In this document: positions 1-12,899 of the stretch, piece after piece | Position numbering within the stretch: the first letter of the stretch is position 1 | Layout: each line of letters begins with the position of its first letter | The notes under the pieces: model-generated | Databases searched by the model: none | What the model was told of the DNA's origin: nothing | The model's input: the letters and a program-made list of their open reading frames with translations, nothing else | Translations under genes and position numbers: made by a program | NCBI RefSeq assembly: GCF_947568905.1 | Contig: NC_079166.1 | Location: forward strand, 43,462,001 to 43,526,000 | Direction: 5' to 3' | DNA: 64,000 nucleotides | Origin: Ostrea edulis | Taxonomy: Eukaryota

Positions 1-1330
1 CATATACTTATGCATATACTTAATGCCTGGGTCTATGGTATACCATATCTATATTCATTCCTCCATACAGATATCTTATATAATTTATGAAATATCTTCT
101 ATTTCTAAATAAGATATCTAATAAATTTTATAAGATATCTCATAATTTGCATCTTATGTGATATCTCATAAAATATATGATATCTTATAAACTATATAAT
201 ATATCTCATAAACTTTATAAGATTTCTTGTTTAATATATAAGATATCTTATGAAAATAGAAGATATCATATGAATTTATTTTTATAGGATGTCTTTCGAA
301 ACATATAAGATATCTTTTTTATTTTATATGTTATCTCAGAAAGTGCAAACAGACACAAGCAATACGTGTTTATAAATTTTATTTGGCGATAAAGGGCACG
401 GCTGATTAAAGTATCAAAAGCAAACAAATCAAGTTCAAATTGTGGGCTGCCTCACACAAATGGCAAGCCTCAAAAGCATCATATCAATGTCAACATCAAT
501 TAGGGATGACCTTTTGAAAATTCAGATATTAAATACAAATTCTTATGAAATAGGGGAACACCAACCTGTGTGTAGCAGTTATAAATGGAAAAGGTTGATT
601 TAATCCGGGGCACTTAATTTATATATGCCCAAGGGAAGTAATTGTAGAGCAATGAAAGACAACTCAAATGGTTTGCAGCCTTCGATAACAACATCTTATG
701 TGAACATGCATATCACATAGATGCCAAAATATTTCATACACGAATTTTTATAAGATATCTCATAAACTTTATGAAATATTTTATATAACTTTTATAAGAT
801 ATCATAACTTTTATAAGATATCTTATAAAAAATGTCACATTTTTATAACATATCTCATGATTTACTACAGTCGATAAGACATCTCAAAAATATAAAAGAT
901 ATCTTATAAATTATATAAGATATCATAAACTTTATTAGATATCTCATAAACTTTATGGTATCATAACTTTTATGAGATATTTTATAACGTTTATAAGATA
1001 TCTTATAGACTTTCTTTTATAAGATACTGTGTGTATCTTTAAAAAGTGATAAGATATCTTTATAAAGTCTATGAAATATCCTCTATCAACACATGAATAA
1101 GGTATCTCATGAAGTTTATGAGATATCTTATATACGATATAAGCTATCTCATGTATCTAATAAGATAAGGTAAAGGAAACGGGGGGGGGGGGGGGGGGGG
1201 ATTCTGGATGCACAGGCTGAAGTCATTCCACTATTATCTTATAAAAGAAAAACATATAAGGTATCACATATCTTTTATAAGATATCTTATAAAGGATATA
1301 AGATATCGCATGAACTTTGGAAGATATATT
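1..1330. repeat. AT-rich degenerate tandem-repeat field built on AGATATCT / ataagatatctcataaacttt motifs, interrupted by unique sequence at about 330-720
   Basis: Dozens of imperfect copies of (a)taagatatct(c/t)at(a) in 1-330 and 740-1330. Confidence 0.6.
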
Positions 1331-1647
1331 GCAACTTTTATCTCAGGTAGGGTGAGTTAACTAGTTATGGTAATCAATGCAAAAATCAACTCGTACCCGG
1401 TTATGTCATCTCGTTACTGTGGACTAAGAATAGATAAAAGAAAAAATAACAGATAATAGATAAAAAAAAATATCTTATTGATCGATCAATAAATGGAACA
1501 CCCCCTCCCTCTAAAGAAAGTAGATAAAGTCGACCAACTCATGGAACAGAGGATTAGCAGCCTAGAAAGTCAAATAATCACCGGAAATATGTACTGATCA
1601 TGCGTAGTGTAAAATAAACTGTTATAGAATCACAGAAAACCGAGAAA

Positions 1648-2270
1648 AGAGTCAAATAATGGTCAAAGTCAAATAATGGTCAAAGTCAAATAATGGTCAA
1701 AGTCAAATAGTGGTCAAAGTCAAATAATGGTCAAAGTCAAATAGTGGTCAAAGTCAAATAATAGTCAAAGTCAAATAATGGTCAAAGTCAAATAATGCCA
1801 AAGTCAAATAATGGTCAAAGTCAAATAATGGTCAAAGTCAAAATGGTCAAAGTCAAATAATGGTCAAAGTTAAATAGTGTTCAAAGTCAAATAATGGTCA
1901 AAGTCAAATAATGGTCAAAGTCAAATAATGGTCAAAGTCAAATAATGGTCAAAGTCAAATAGTGGTCAAAGTCAAATAATGGTCAAAGTCAAATAATGGT
2001 CAAAGTCAAATAGTGGTCAAAGTCAAATAATGGTCAAAGTCAAATAATGGTCAAAGTCAAATAGTGGTCAAAGTCAAATAATGGTCAAAGTCAAATAGTG
2101 GTCAAAGTCAAATAATGGTCAAAGTCAAATAATGGTCAAAGTCAAATAGTGGTCAAAGTCAAATAATAGTCAAAGTCAAATAATGATCAAAGTCAAATAA
2201 TGGTCAAAGTCAAAATGGTCAAAGTCAAATAATGCCAAAGTCAAATAATGGTCAAAGTCAAATAGTGGAT
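1648..2270 (+). repeat. 17-bp minisatellite (ggtcaaagtcaaataat)n, about 36 copies
   Basis: Directly visible tandem array with taat/tagt variants. Confidence 0.95.
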
Positions 2271-2407
2271 AATTCTGGCATGAAGGGTGGGAAACTAGAC
2301 CGGTACACAGTCTTCTGAACCAGTATGTGATCTAGTAAATTAGCATGTGAAACTAGTAAACTGGGATTTAGGCTAGAAATAAACAGAAAAATATGGCGGT
2401 AGTGATA

Positions 2408-3222
2408 GGGACACGATCAAACAAGTAGATGAAGCTCATGATCGGGTAAAGGTTTCGCCCGTCTTCATCCTGGTGAAATCAGTGTGTTTGTTGATACACT
2501 GAGGATCGAATGACTTCAGCCTGTACATCCAGAATTTGTTCTGTTTCCTTTCGTTTGGGATATGTCCTCCTATCAGTGATTACTACAATGGGAATGTGTG
2601 ACTACTGGCAATACTTTCTTGGTTTTGACAGAGGACCAGTGGTTATTGACCCGTTAGCGAAGGTCTGTTGTTTCTCCTACGTACTGTTTTTGGCAGACCT
2701 CTGGATAATCTCTTACCTAGTGGAGGTTTCAAAAGATGTTCAGACCTCAGAATGTAGCTCAGACACTGAGAATTTTAGCAGTCCTGTTACAGGTCGCAAT
2801 TACATGTAAGGAGACTTCCTGCAAGACTAATAGCCGCATTTATCTCATCAGTTGCGATGTCATTTATCTCATCAGTTGCGATGTCATTTATCTCATCAGT
2901 TGCGATGTCATTTATCTCATCAGTTGCGGTGTCTGCTAGATACAGAACGTAGGAGAAACAACAGACATTCGCAAACGGGCCAACAACCACCGGTCAGTAG
3001 TCACACATTTCAATGGTAACAATCATCGATGGGAGGACATGACAATTGTGGTTATTAACTATGACCCAAGTTGGTCAGATACCAAACAAAATTCTGGATG
3101 GACAGGCTGAAGTCATTCAGCCCTAAATGTATAAACAAACCTATACTGACTTCACCATGATGAAGACGGGCTAAACCTTTACCAGATTATGAGCTTCATC
3201 TTCTCATTTGACCGTGTACCTA
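2408..3222. mobile_element. Foldback-like element: about 300-bp imperfect inverted arms (2408-2705 / 2925-3222) around a spacer with 4 x 24-bp repeats
   Basis: gaatgacttcagcctgtacatccagaatt (about 2508) is the reverse complement of aattctggatggacaggctgaagtcattc (about 3090). cccgttagcgaaggtctgttgtttctcctacgt (about 2650) pairs with acgtaggagaaacaacagacattcgcaaacggg (about 2948). Confidence 0.7.
2837..2930 (+). repeat. 24-bp tandem repeat atttatctcatcagttgcgatgtc x4
   Basis: Directly visible; produces the DEINDIAT / SCDVIYLI repeats in the ORF track. Confidence 0.95.
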
Positions 3223-3459
3223 ACACTAGGAAGGAACAGATCGTCCTGAAAATATGTATAGTGTCATGTTTCTGTAAATATGTATAGTGTCGTGTTTCTG
3301 TAGATGAGTTAGTTTAGATTTGTACAAAAATAAACGCTTTTCTCATAATTTTTACCATCAGTTTGATACACTGGAGTAATATGTAGAATTGTTGTTATAT
3401 CCGGGTTTTGAATTGTTATTATATCCGGGTTTTGAATACGAGACTTAACATTTATACAG

Positions 3460-3966
3460 TGTTTGCTGTGTGGTATATTGGGATATCTGGCTTCAAAGTC
3501 TGATGCTCACTTCGATTATCTCGCACCCAGAAGGACACGATACATGGTAAGAAAAGAGATACACTGCAATAATTAGGACTGGGTTGGTGTGATTTTTTTC
3601 TCGAATTATTTGCTATTTTGTCTCTTCTCGTTGATTAATCAATAGTTTTATCATTGTTTGATACAGATGGTGGCGCATTTAGTCCTTTGTGTCGTTGGAT
3701 TATACGTGTGTGGAACAGGCGTTGGTTTTTCCGTAGTGGACGTTGTATATTGCTCAGAGGAAAACGAACGATGTAGCCAGAATGTCCAGCAAGAATTTGT
3801 CCTTAATATTGCCGCCAGTGTTATCGCTTTCTCCATGCTGATATGTGTTTTCTTGGGTGTCAGATTCTTTTATAAAAATAGATTATTGCTTGGCCTTTAT
3901 AAACCAATGGAAGCGTTGAATCAAAGGAGAATACCAGATTTGGCGATTTTAGAATATAGCATTTGA
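3460..3966 (+). CDS. MS4A/CD20-like membrane protein, paralog 1 (last two exons 3460-3546 and 3667-3966; upstream exons not found, C-terminus possibly truncated)
   Basis: 87-nt exon CLLCGILGYLASKSDAHFDYLAPRRTRYM with AG/GTAAGA boundaries matches the 87-nt exon of the paralog at 11496-11582 in length and phase. The last exon (MVAHLVLCV...) aligns with 11703-12107. Confidence 0.7.
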
Positions 3967-4479
3967 ACCTAAAGAGAAAATTAGAACTAGTACATGTAGC
4001 TGCAACAGGCATTTGTAGACCACTTTGGTGATAGCAATTTCCGCACTCCTACCATTCCACCCTAGCTTATTCCAATCGACGACAAGAAATATTATGTCTG
4101 GTATAATCCCATACGAAGTAACTAATAAATGTACTGAAAATTTACGAAAATTGCATTGATAAACAATTTAGAAACGAAATCCCGGCCTTGAAAAGACCTG
4201 AGTCGTTTCATTAGGTAACGACTAGAGGTAAAACTTACGAGTATTTTGACTTTTACAAGAGAGGCCACGTGTTACGGTGCATGTAGGTGTTAGCACTGTT
4301 TTGGCCCGAGTCCATAGCATGTGTCTAACCTTATTGAACTGCACCACAAAGCTGACATGTGATATTCCATCAAAATATACATATGTATTGTTAATATATA
4401 TATTTTCATTCATGTTTCAAAAGGAAGTCAGCCATTGCGACGTTGTGTTGTTCCTCCTTAAAGCAATATCCAAATGACC

Positions 4480-4830
4480 CCTTAACCAAAATAAAGAGTT
4501 GGGCAAACACGGACCCCTGGATATACCACAGGTGGGATCAGGTGCCTAGGAGGAGTAAGAATTTGCGAATGGTTAACTTTAAACGATATCGTTGAACCCG
4601 TTTTTGTCAGCAACCTGCATCTATTTAGAATCTGGTCATACGCAGAAGAAACTCTTGCTTTTATAAATCATTTGAGAGACATAAACACCATGTGCAGGTG
4701 ATAATGGAATATTTTATTGTTAATAGAGTTAATAGATAAAGCGTCATCCATATATTTAAATGTCGAATTGAAGGCCACAGCAAGAATTTTTTCTTCTCAT
4801 GTAGAAACTTTTGAATAAATTCTGCCTCAT
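4480..4830 (-). mobile_element. Penelope-like element 3' fragment (RT pieces plus terminal repeat), internally deleted
   Basis: Minus strand reads EAEFIQKFLHEKK..AVAFNSTF and IPLSPAHGVYVSQ, joined to the same terminal repeat (ttactcctcctaggcacctgatcccacc) as the copy at 20100-21523. Confidence 0.75.
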
Positions 4831-4964
4831 TTTTCCTTTTTCTTTTTTATTATTATTGGTTTTTTGTACACATAATAAAGTACATGAATACAAAAAGTCA
4901 TATATAATTATCATTATGTGCATGGAGAGAGATAGTGAGAAAGAGAAAAAGAGAGAGGCATGTT

Positions 4965-6430
4965 TTAAGTAAATATGAAATTCCATCTGTTCCAATGAGT
5001 ATCAAATTTTTTCTTTTCACCATTCTTATATGCTATATATTTGTGTGTTTCATGAAATAATTTCTTTTGTGATATTGCAGCGGGCAAGTTTAAAGGTTTC
5101 TTAGTGCATCTTGCAGTATAGACATAATACTTCAGAAATAAAATGATAATGTTTTGTATATCACTATTATTTTTAATACAAGCTAAAATAAAGGATTTCT
5201 TTGTAATTGGTATCTGTCGCTCAGTCTTATCTTCTAAAAATTGTTTGAATTCTACAAGAAATAATTGTAAACAATTACATTCCCATAGAATATGTTCTAT
5301 TGTTTCCTCTTCAGAGTGACAAAAGTTGCAATATTTAAAATCTATTCTTTTTATTTTGAACAATAATGAATTTGTTACTAAAATTTTGTTTATAATTCTG
5401 TACTGAAACCAGTGGAGCTTACAGTCTTTTGTCTCTCTGAAGGGTATTTTGTGGATTATTTTCCATTCCATGTCGTCTACATCTAAAAGCTCACTCCATT
5501 TCTTTTTGTCAGCTGAGACCGACTTATTTTTATTAAGAATTTCATAGAAATTTTTTAATTTGTAACATTTCAAAATTGTGTAAGTATTTGTCATAATTAA
5601 TGGACTTGTGAGCTTCATGATGTTTTTTCCAGGGTATGAGTTTTTTTTATCCATGCTCTCACTGCATGGATAATGCTGTTGTATTCTAAAAAAAATTATC
5701 CTAATGTTTGTATAAATATCACAAAAATGTTGAAAACTAAAAAGTGAACCATCTTCATTAATAATATCATTAATCAGTCTGATGTTGCTGTCAAACATTT
5801 GTTTATTAAAAAATGGTTTTCCACCAATATGAATCTGTGGGTTATACAATAGAGGTGAATCAGCAGCAACAGTGGACTCATCAATAAGACTATGTAATGT
5901 AATGTAGGACTTGAGTACATGTACATCAATCCAAAATTTATTTTTCAGTGTTTTTAAAAGAGTGGTGATGTATTCAACCCCACAGTTAATGAATTTGTTC
6001 AACTCAAAATTGGGAATAAACAGTCCCATACCTCTGCTGGAAAAAATAAGATGTCTTACCCAAAATAATTTCATAGAAGCTATAAAAGACATTAGATTTA
6101 CCATTTTCAATCCTCCATCTTCATATTTTTTAACTATTACTTCTTTTTTTATTCTGTGAGTTGAATTATTCCATATGAAAGAAAAAAATAATTTTTCTAA
6201 ATTTTTACAATATAACTCAGAGGGATTTGGGATTGACATCAAGATATGGTTTAATAAGGGCAAAACCAATGTCTTAATAACTGATTTTTCCAATGGGAGT
6301 CAAAAATCTTTTCTCCCAATGTTTAAGTAAAGATTTAATCTGCACACATTTTGGTTCATAGTTTAATTGCAATTTTTCCTTTTTCCACTTTTGTTGAAGC
6401 AACTGTCTCTGATGTCAAAATTTCTAGTCT
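4965..6430 (-). mobile_element. 5'-truncated L1/Tx1-type LINE, ORF2 C-terminal region with zf-RVT motif, frameshifted near 6285
   Basis: WEKRFLTPIGK|SVIKTLVLP, FIWN..HRIKK....KYEDGGL, KLHWFQYRIINKILVTN and CNFCHSEEETIEHILWEC are typical of L1/Tx1 ORF2 ends. A 1-nt deletion joins the two frames. Confidence 0.85.
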
Positions 6431-6528
6431 TTAATTTATCGTGAGGAACCGTCGTGTAAAGTGTTGAAAAGGCATACGTTTTGATGTTGTTGATTTGAGA
6501 AAAGATCTGTGATTTCAAATTTACTATT

Positions 6529-6790
6529 CCCGTGGGGATACGGGTTGGAATAGGTCCTCAGTACCCCTTGCTTGTCGTAATAGGCGACTAAATGGGTGGT
6601 CATTCGGATGAGACCGCGAAAACCGAGGCCTCGTGTCACAACAGGTGTGTCACGGTAAAGATCCCTCCCTGCTCAAAGGCCGTAAACGCCGAGCATATGC
6701 CTAAATTTTGCAGCCCTTCACCGGCAATGGTGACGTCTCCATGAGTGAAAAATTCTCGATCGAGAAGGACGTTAAACAATATACAATCAA
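6529..6790 (+). mobile_element. SINE (tRNA-type head, tgtcgtaa.aggcgactaaa core, CAAT-type tail)
   Basis: Near-identical reverse-complement copy at 42009-42250. The core resembles the Meta-domain SINEs of molluscs (recalled, not searched). Confidence 0.8.
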
Positions 6791-7790
6791 ATTTACTAAC
6801 AGTTCTTCAGATTTTTAAGATCCCACGTTTGATTTACACCACTTCTGGTGTATGTTCAAGTACAATACATTTGAAGTTTCTCCACATCTGTCAATATTTT
6901 CGTGAGGAGCAAAGATAGATGTTTGGTAGAACATTTACTGGATCCAGCAATGTATCTTTGTAAGGGTTTTTGTGAAGTTTAGAAATCTAGTATGGGTATG
7001 GTATATATCCATAGGTCCCACTGACTGAGATATTAGATGTGTTTAAAATTGAAATATGATTTTGAAGAATGTCATCTTTTGAAGGGACAGTCGGATTATA
7101 AGTCCGATTACCAAATGTAGAATTAATGCTAAGTTCATTTAAAATACAGTTGCAATAATGAGCCTTCCAAAAACAATGTTGTTACAAGCTTTGTCAGTTG
7201 GAACCAAAACATATTCCTCGTGTAACTTATCTAATTCTTTTATCACTTTTGGTTTCTAAGCACAGAAGGACACAGAAGGATAGATGGTATACACTTTTAT
7301 TTTGATATGTCTAATGATTTTAATATTCCTCTTATACGTTTTATTCATTCTGACAATGTATTAAGTTCTTCTTTTTCATATTTAGTCCATCGTCTGGTAT
7401 ATTCCTCGACAGAATTCATAAGAGAGTCGCCAATTGAAAGACCGATGTTCTCTGAATTTAACAAATAAGTGATTTTCAACTACACTTGTATATCAACATC
7501 ACCAGTAATGACATGTCCAGCTGGACTATAGATGAAAGAAGACGAATAACAAGAATACTTTGGTGGATTACGTATAAGATGTTTTATATCTAGGCACTGT
7601 AATGTTTGTAATTGAAAAGTTTGGATGCAATAGTAGTTGTATACATGTATTTGTAGGAAATACAGGGTGTAAACTTGAAATATGCTGGAATACAAGACTG
7701 AACGTTTTGATGACGAATAATGTTGCTTATGTTGGCAACATTTAATTATGACGGCATGACATCCATAACCCGCGGTGGTTTAAAGAACAT

Positions 7791-8072
7791 ATGATGCAAA
7801 CATCTAATCAATTAGGTATAAAGGGAAACAATTCTGAATTTCGGGAATAAGCTCTCCTAGCAGCTGAAAGACAGGGCAAAAGACCTACTACATTTGTCCA
7901 ATTTCAAAAACCTGGATCCGCCTCTGGCCATTATGATACAGTAACTGATAACGATTATAACACACGTGATTTTTGTTAGACCTATACGACATTGATATCA
8001 ACTCTGGGCCTGTAGTAAGGCAATTATGGACTCGTCAAACCTTCTGGATGCCAATGTATCACGTAAGAATCT

Positions 8073-8132
<60 letters not shown>

Positions 8133-9742
8133 TGTGTGTTTTGAGTCGTTTCAGAGTCGGGTGATATAAGTGTGAAGTTAAATTACCAATACATTTTGTT
8201 ATTTACAGATGTGACGGTGGAAAAACGGAAAGTAGCTCTTTCTCAACTCTCTAAACTTTCACTAATCTCCATCGGTGTCTCGCTGGCGTCAATTTTACTC
8301 GGAATTCTCATACTAGTTTACTCAAGAGGAGCCGGGTTCCCAATTATCACTGGAGCCCCTGTGTGGTCGGGAGCAACGGTATAACCGTAGATAAGATTGT
8401 GTTTAATCGTGTGTATCGTATTTTAGTGTAATGTCCCAATTCAGATACGCATGAATAAAGCTAGCGTTCTATGTACTATTCTCATATCCTCGGAAGTTTC
8501 TTCTTCTGTTTTTGCCTTTTAATCGACTATATCACTGGTATTAAACTGATGTACGTAACTGCAGTTACGTACACCCCAAGACGGCGGAAGAAGAAACAGG
8601 TAAATTAGAATAGCGATGTTTTTGTCTTTTAGAAAACAAAGTGAAATACACTTAACAAAAGAGGATGTCTATTTATATCAATAGTTCACAATTGTACCCA
8701 AAGTCTTCACGATACTGTCCCTAATTTGCTGCAATCGGTATTTGAAATACGTAGTTGATGTACGTAACTTTTACAATATGATGTACGTAACTTTCCGAAT
8801 TGCACATAAAAGATGTACGTAACTCAAAAGATCTCCATTAAACTTTTATTCATTTGTTCATTCAAAAAGCCCAATAGAATGCCTTCATCAATAAAAATCA
8901 CATGTTCAATAATGCTACCAACATGCCACCAAATCAAACTTTCAATTTAGGCTCTTTTAAGAAGATTTGGGAACGTTCTTTCATATCTATGATGTAGTAC
9001 CTATAATGCTATAAGTTAAAGAGCAATCAATCAAAAAATGGCACAATCACTGATAAACTTCATTCAAAGTACGCCACAAATATTCTTCAACGGTAACCAA
9101 TCTCGTTAATGTATGAGCAAGTACAGCATCGAGCATGTTTTTGTAACAAAAGGATAAGGGACCGGTCATTTAACTTGGTTGGTTGGAGGGGGGGGGGTCG
9201 CGACAGAATTTTTTCCACACTCAGCGGGCGACAATTTTTTAAAATTAATTTACGCTTTGCGACAATTTTTTCCAGTTTAATTTTGCATTACTTTTATCTG
9301 GGACTACTATTAGTGCAAAACCTTGCTTCAGATAAAAAAAATTCTAATTTTTCTGCGCCAATTTGGTTTTTTTTGTCAGCAACAAACCCCCCCAAAAAAC
9401 ATAGCCCCTTTCCGCAAGTTACATGGTTGGTCCCTAGGCAAAATGAACAAAAAGTATTTTTACACACCGAAAATAACAGATAAATCAAATGATCGGTTTG
9501 TCCACTTTATTTTTTCTATGATTGATACCCTGTTAATACGAGACCGTGTGAAATGATATTAAAATATATTGAAGTTAGTTAATTGGTATTAATTGTACTC
9601 GGATAAAACAGACTCTGGAGCTCTGATTGAGTCTACGTAGTATTGCAGCAAAAGAATACCAAACAAATCATGTTTGTCAACGTATCCTAAAGAAATACCT
9701 GGTAAAAACATCCCCCAAATATCTAAGCACATTTTTACCCCC

Positions 9743-9775
<33 letters not shown>

Positions 9776-12107
9776 CCAAAAATAATAATAAAGAATTACT
9801 GAAAATCTACATAATGTGAAAAATATATAACATCTTAAAATCAAGATGTTCTAAGCTTGTGAAACATTCATACAAGTTAATGAAAATGATGTAAATTTCT
9901 CCTTTAAATTTTTAACCCCAAAACATCCATTTTACCTACCCCCTACCCCCTCTCCCCCGACAGAAATACTACGGTTTTGTTGGACGTCCAAAAGACACCA
10001 AAATTCAAAATTTGTCCTCCAAAGAATAGGTATAGTATTTAAACGGTACAAAATATGGAGTAATACCCCCCCCCCTTTTTTTTTCCCTGCTTGCAGCATC
10101 TGTTCGTACCAAATATCTCAAGAGGTTATAGAATGAGGGTTGTTGGGTTTTGTTGTTGTTTTCTTTATCGGTAATGGCATTCTTTCTCTGCCACAAAGTA
10201 TGTGCATTACTTCTCTGCTTGTTTAGCTGCTTAGAAAAATAATTTAGGGTTTGTATCAATTGTATACTTTGTAATGCACAAAGTATGTGCATTACTTCTC
10301 TGCTTGTTTGGCTGCTTAGAAAAATAATTTAGGGTTTGTCGAACTACGAGTGAATTGCACAGTTACGTACATCATATAGGAAAATTACGTACATCAACCA
10401 AAAATATTTTAATGAGTTACGTACATCACGTGTGTTTTTGCACAGGAGTTTAACTCGTCCATTCAGGAGAAACAAACGGATTTTACCATTCTGAACGATA
10501 AAGCGTAAAGAAATACACAAACTTGACTAATTAATATCACTGAATAGTTGATAGGATAAGATATAATCTAAATTGAAAAAGTACCCGTTTCTTCTTCCGC
10601 CATTATGGGATGTACGTAACTGCAGTTACGTACATCAGTTTAATACCAGTGTATATGACCTCGCGAAAATAAAAACTCGCAAATACAATCGAATCTACAT
10701 GTTTGTGAATTTGCATATTATATTTAAACATTCCTACAAATGTTCATTGTGTGTAAACCCCATACCAAAAGTTTTGATGAAAAATTCTACTGTAATGAAC
10801 AATGTGCATCAATTGAGGTCTGAGGAACCACACAATGGTCGTTATTAGAAATGTTTTAGGTCACTGAGGAACCACACAATGGTCGTTATTAGAAATGTTT
10901 TATGTCACTGAGGAACCACACAATGGCCATTATTAGAAATGTTTTAGGTCACTGAGGAACCACACAATGGTCATTATTAGAAATGTTTTAGGTCACTGAG
11001 GAACCACACAATGGTCATTATTAGAAATGTTTTAGGTCACTGAGGAACCACACAATGGTCATTATCAGAAATGTTTTAGGTCACTGAGGAACCACACAAT
11101 GGTCATTATCAGAAATGCTTTATGTCACTGAGGAACTACACAATGGTCATTATTAGAAATGTTTTAGGTCACTGAGGAACCACACAATGGCCATTATTAG
11201 AAATGTTTTAGGTCACTGAGGAACCACACAATGGTCATTATCAGAAATATTTAGGTCACTGAGGAACCACACAATGGTCATTATTAGAAATGTTTTAGGT
11301 CACTGAGGAACCACACAATGGTCATTATCAGAAGTATTTAGGTCACTGAGGAACCACACAATGGTCATTATCAGAAATGTTTTATGTCACTTTTCGAATA
11401 CATTTTCTAAACAACTTTATACCGATAAGTTCAACTGGGGAAAATGTGTCCATAAACTGATATAACTTTACTGACAAATTTAACTCTATTTTCAGTTTCT
11501 GTTGTCTGGCATATTAGGTCATCTTGCTTCGAAATCTGATGTGCATTATGGATATTTTCCTCCTCCAAGAGTAAGATGTTTGGTGAGTAGTGTCGTACGT
11601 GTGTGAAAGTAATAAACTGTTTAAAACCTAACTACGATCAGGATCGTCAGATGCATGTTGAAATGTGGTGTTTAAATCAGATACATTTTATCTTTGGTAC
11701 AGCTTCTGTCGCATTACATCATTTGTGTGTCGTGTATGAGTGTTTGTGGGATATGCTTCGGTTACTCCATAGCTGGCGCTAGTGTATGCACGGCAGACGA
11801 CGAGCTGCAGTGTGGAGAGAACGTCCAGACGGAATTCATCCTCAACATCCTCAGTATTGTCGTGTCTGTCTTCATGTTGACCATTGCGATCGTTGGATGC
11901 ATATTTTTCTGTGTCTATAGAAAGTTGCTCGGACTGTACAGACCTGTGGATATGTTGTATCAAAAGAGAATCAACGATCTGGAGAGCAGGATTAGAACAC
12001 TTGAAAATCCGAACATGCAGGGACAGCAACAAGGATTCGGAGGACAGTACGGGTATAACAGTTTTAACACGACTACTGCACCGCCCCCGGTGTATTCAAA
12101 GGAATAA
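7791..12107 (+). CDS. MS4A/CD20-like four-transmembrane protein, paralog 2 (exons 7791-7815 tentative, 8209-8378, 11496-11582, 11703-12107; about 228 aa)
   Basis: The spliced frame is continuous (phases 1,0,0) and gives ITGAPVWSGAT-FLLSGILGHLAS, the MS4A-type G-P-W-G motif, with four hydrophobic segments and a C-terminal PPPVY. AATAAA at 12355-12360. Confidence 0.75.
8065..8140 (+). repeat. Compound (CT)n(GT)n microsatellite
   Basis: Directly visible. Confidence 0.95.
8533..10651. mobile_element. Non-autonomous TIR DNA transposon (2.1 kb) in the MS4A-like intron
   Basis: Left end cactggtattaaactgatgtacgtaactgcagttacgtaca; right end is its reverse complement. TATAT on both flanks. Subterminal gatgtacgtaact repeats in opposite orientation at both ends. 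Confidence 0.85.
9157..9435. mobile_element. Small MITE nested in the 8533-10651 element
   Basis: agggaccggtcatttaactt ... aagttacatggttggtccct are imperfect terminal inverted repeats. Confidence 0.55.
10816..11390 (+). repeat. 44-bp minisatellite (ggtcactgaggaaccacacaatggtcattattagaaatgtttta), about 13 copies, intronic
   Basis: Directly visible; no spacers between units. Confidence 0.95.
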
Positions 12108-12899
12108 CTGAAAAATGTAGGAGACTGTTTTTATAATGTATAGTCATCTGTAACCAAAGCAATGAAGCTGCAAAAATCTTCTATGAATGAAAACTCTTTT
12201 GAATGTTACCCATTGACTATCAAAGAATAGCTACTCTTAAAAATGCATGGTTTTTAATCTTTGATTATTTGTCTTCAAACATGGTTATTTTTTCTATAAA
12301 TTGCAATGTTTCAGTATTGCTGAGAAGGGGAATGTAATGAACCTCAATATATACAATAAAATTGTTTACAATTTTCTTTTCTTTCACTTTTCCTTGTTCT
12401 TGATTATCAATCTTCAGTTATATAACTATTTGACAGAAATGAACTCAAATGATGTACGTATATGAGAGAAGGAAGCGATTTTGCCTATAATATACTACTA
12501 TTTCAAGTCTTCATTTCAGAAGAAATTTCTACCGAAACACTGTCTATCTAAAACATATTCATTATAAGAATCCCCTTAAAAGTTTATGTAAATTATGTTT
12601 GATATGAAGAATTTGATGTCATAAGAATAATCACCCGTTGTTAAAGTACTGCAGTCCTGTTACGTCGAAAGCGACCACCGAAAGTTCATGTTGTCAAACA
12701 AATATGTTTAATCTTTTCTATACCGAGAGCAAAATTAACGTAAACTCAAATAATTGAAGATATCTTTAAAAATTTGAAGATACCATAAATTCATTTTATG
12801 CAATCAACAATTCAATTGAAGATTTAAAAGATTTTTAATAATGAATGGAAATAAATTTTTAAAGAGTAGAATGTAATGTACATATAGCTTGCGGGATAC

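Noticed and set aside
2430-3190. Hammerhead ribozyme in the foldback arms or 24-bp repeats (…gatgaagacgggcgaaac; ctgatgag)
   Set aside because: The arms have caggatga/catgatga rather than CUGAUGA, and the 24-bp unit has CUGAUGA but no stem II or GAAA. No complete core can be drawn.
7250-7295. Possible remnant of the MS4A-like 87-nt exon (cagaaggacac…gatggtat)
   Set aside because: The match is too short and low in complexity to support homology.
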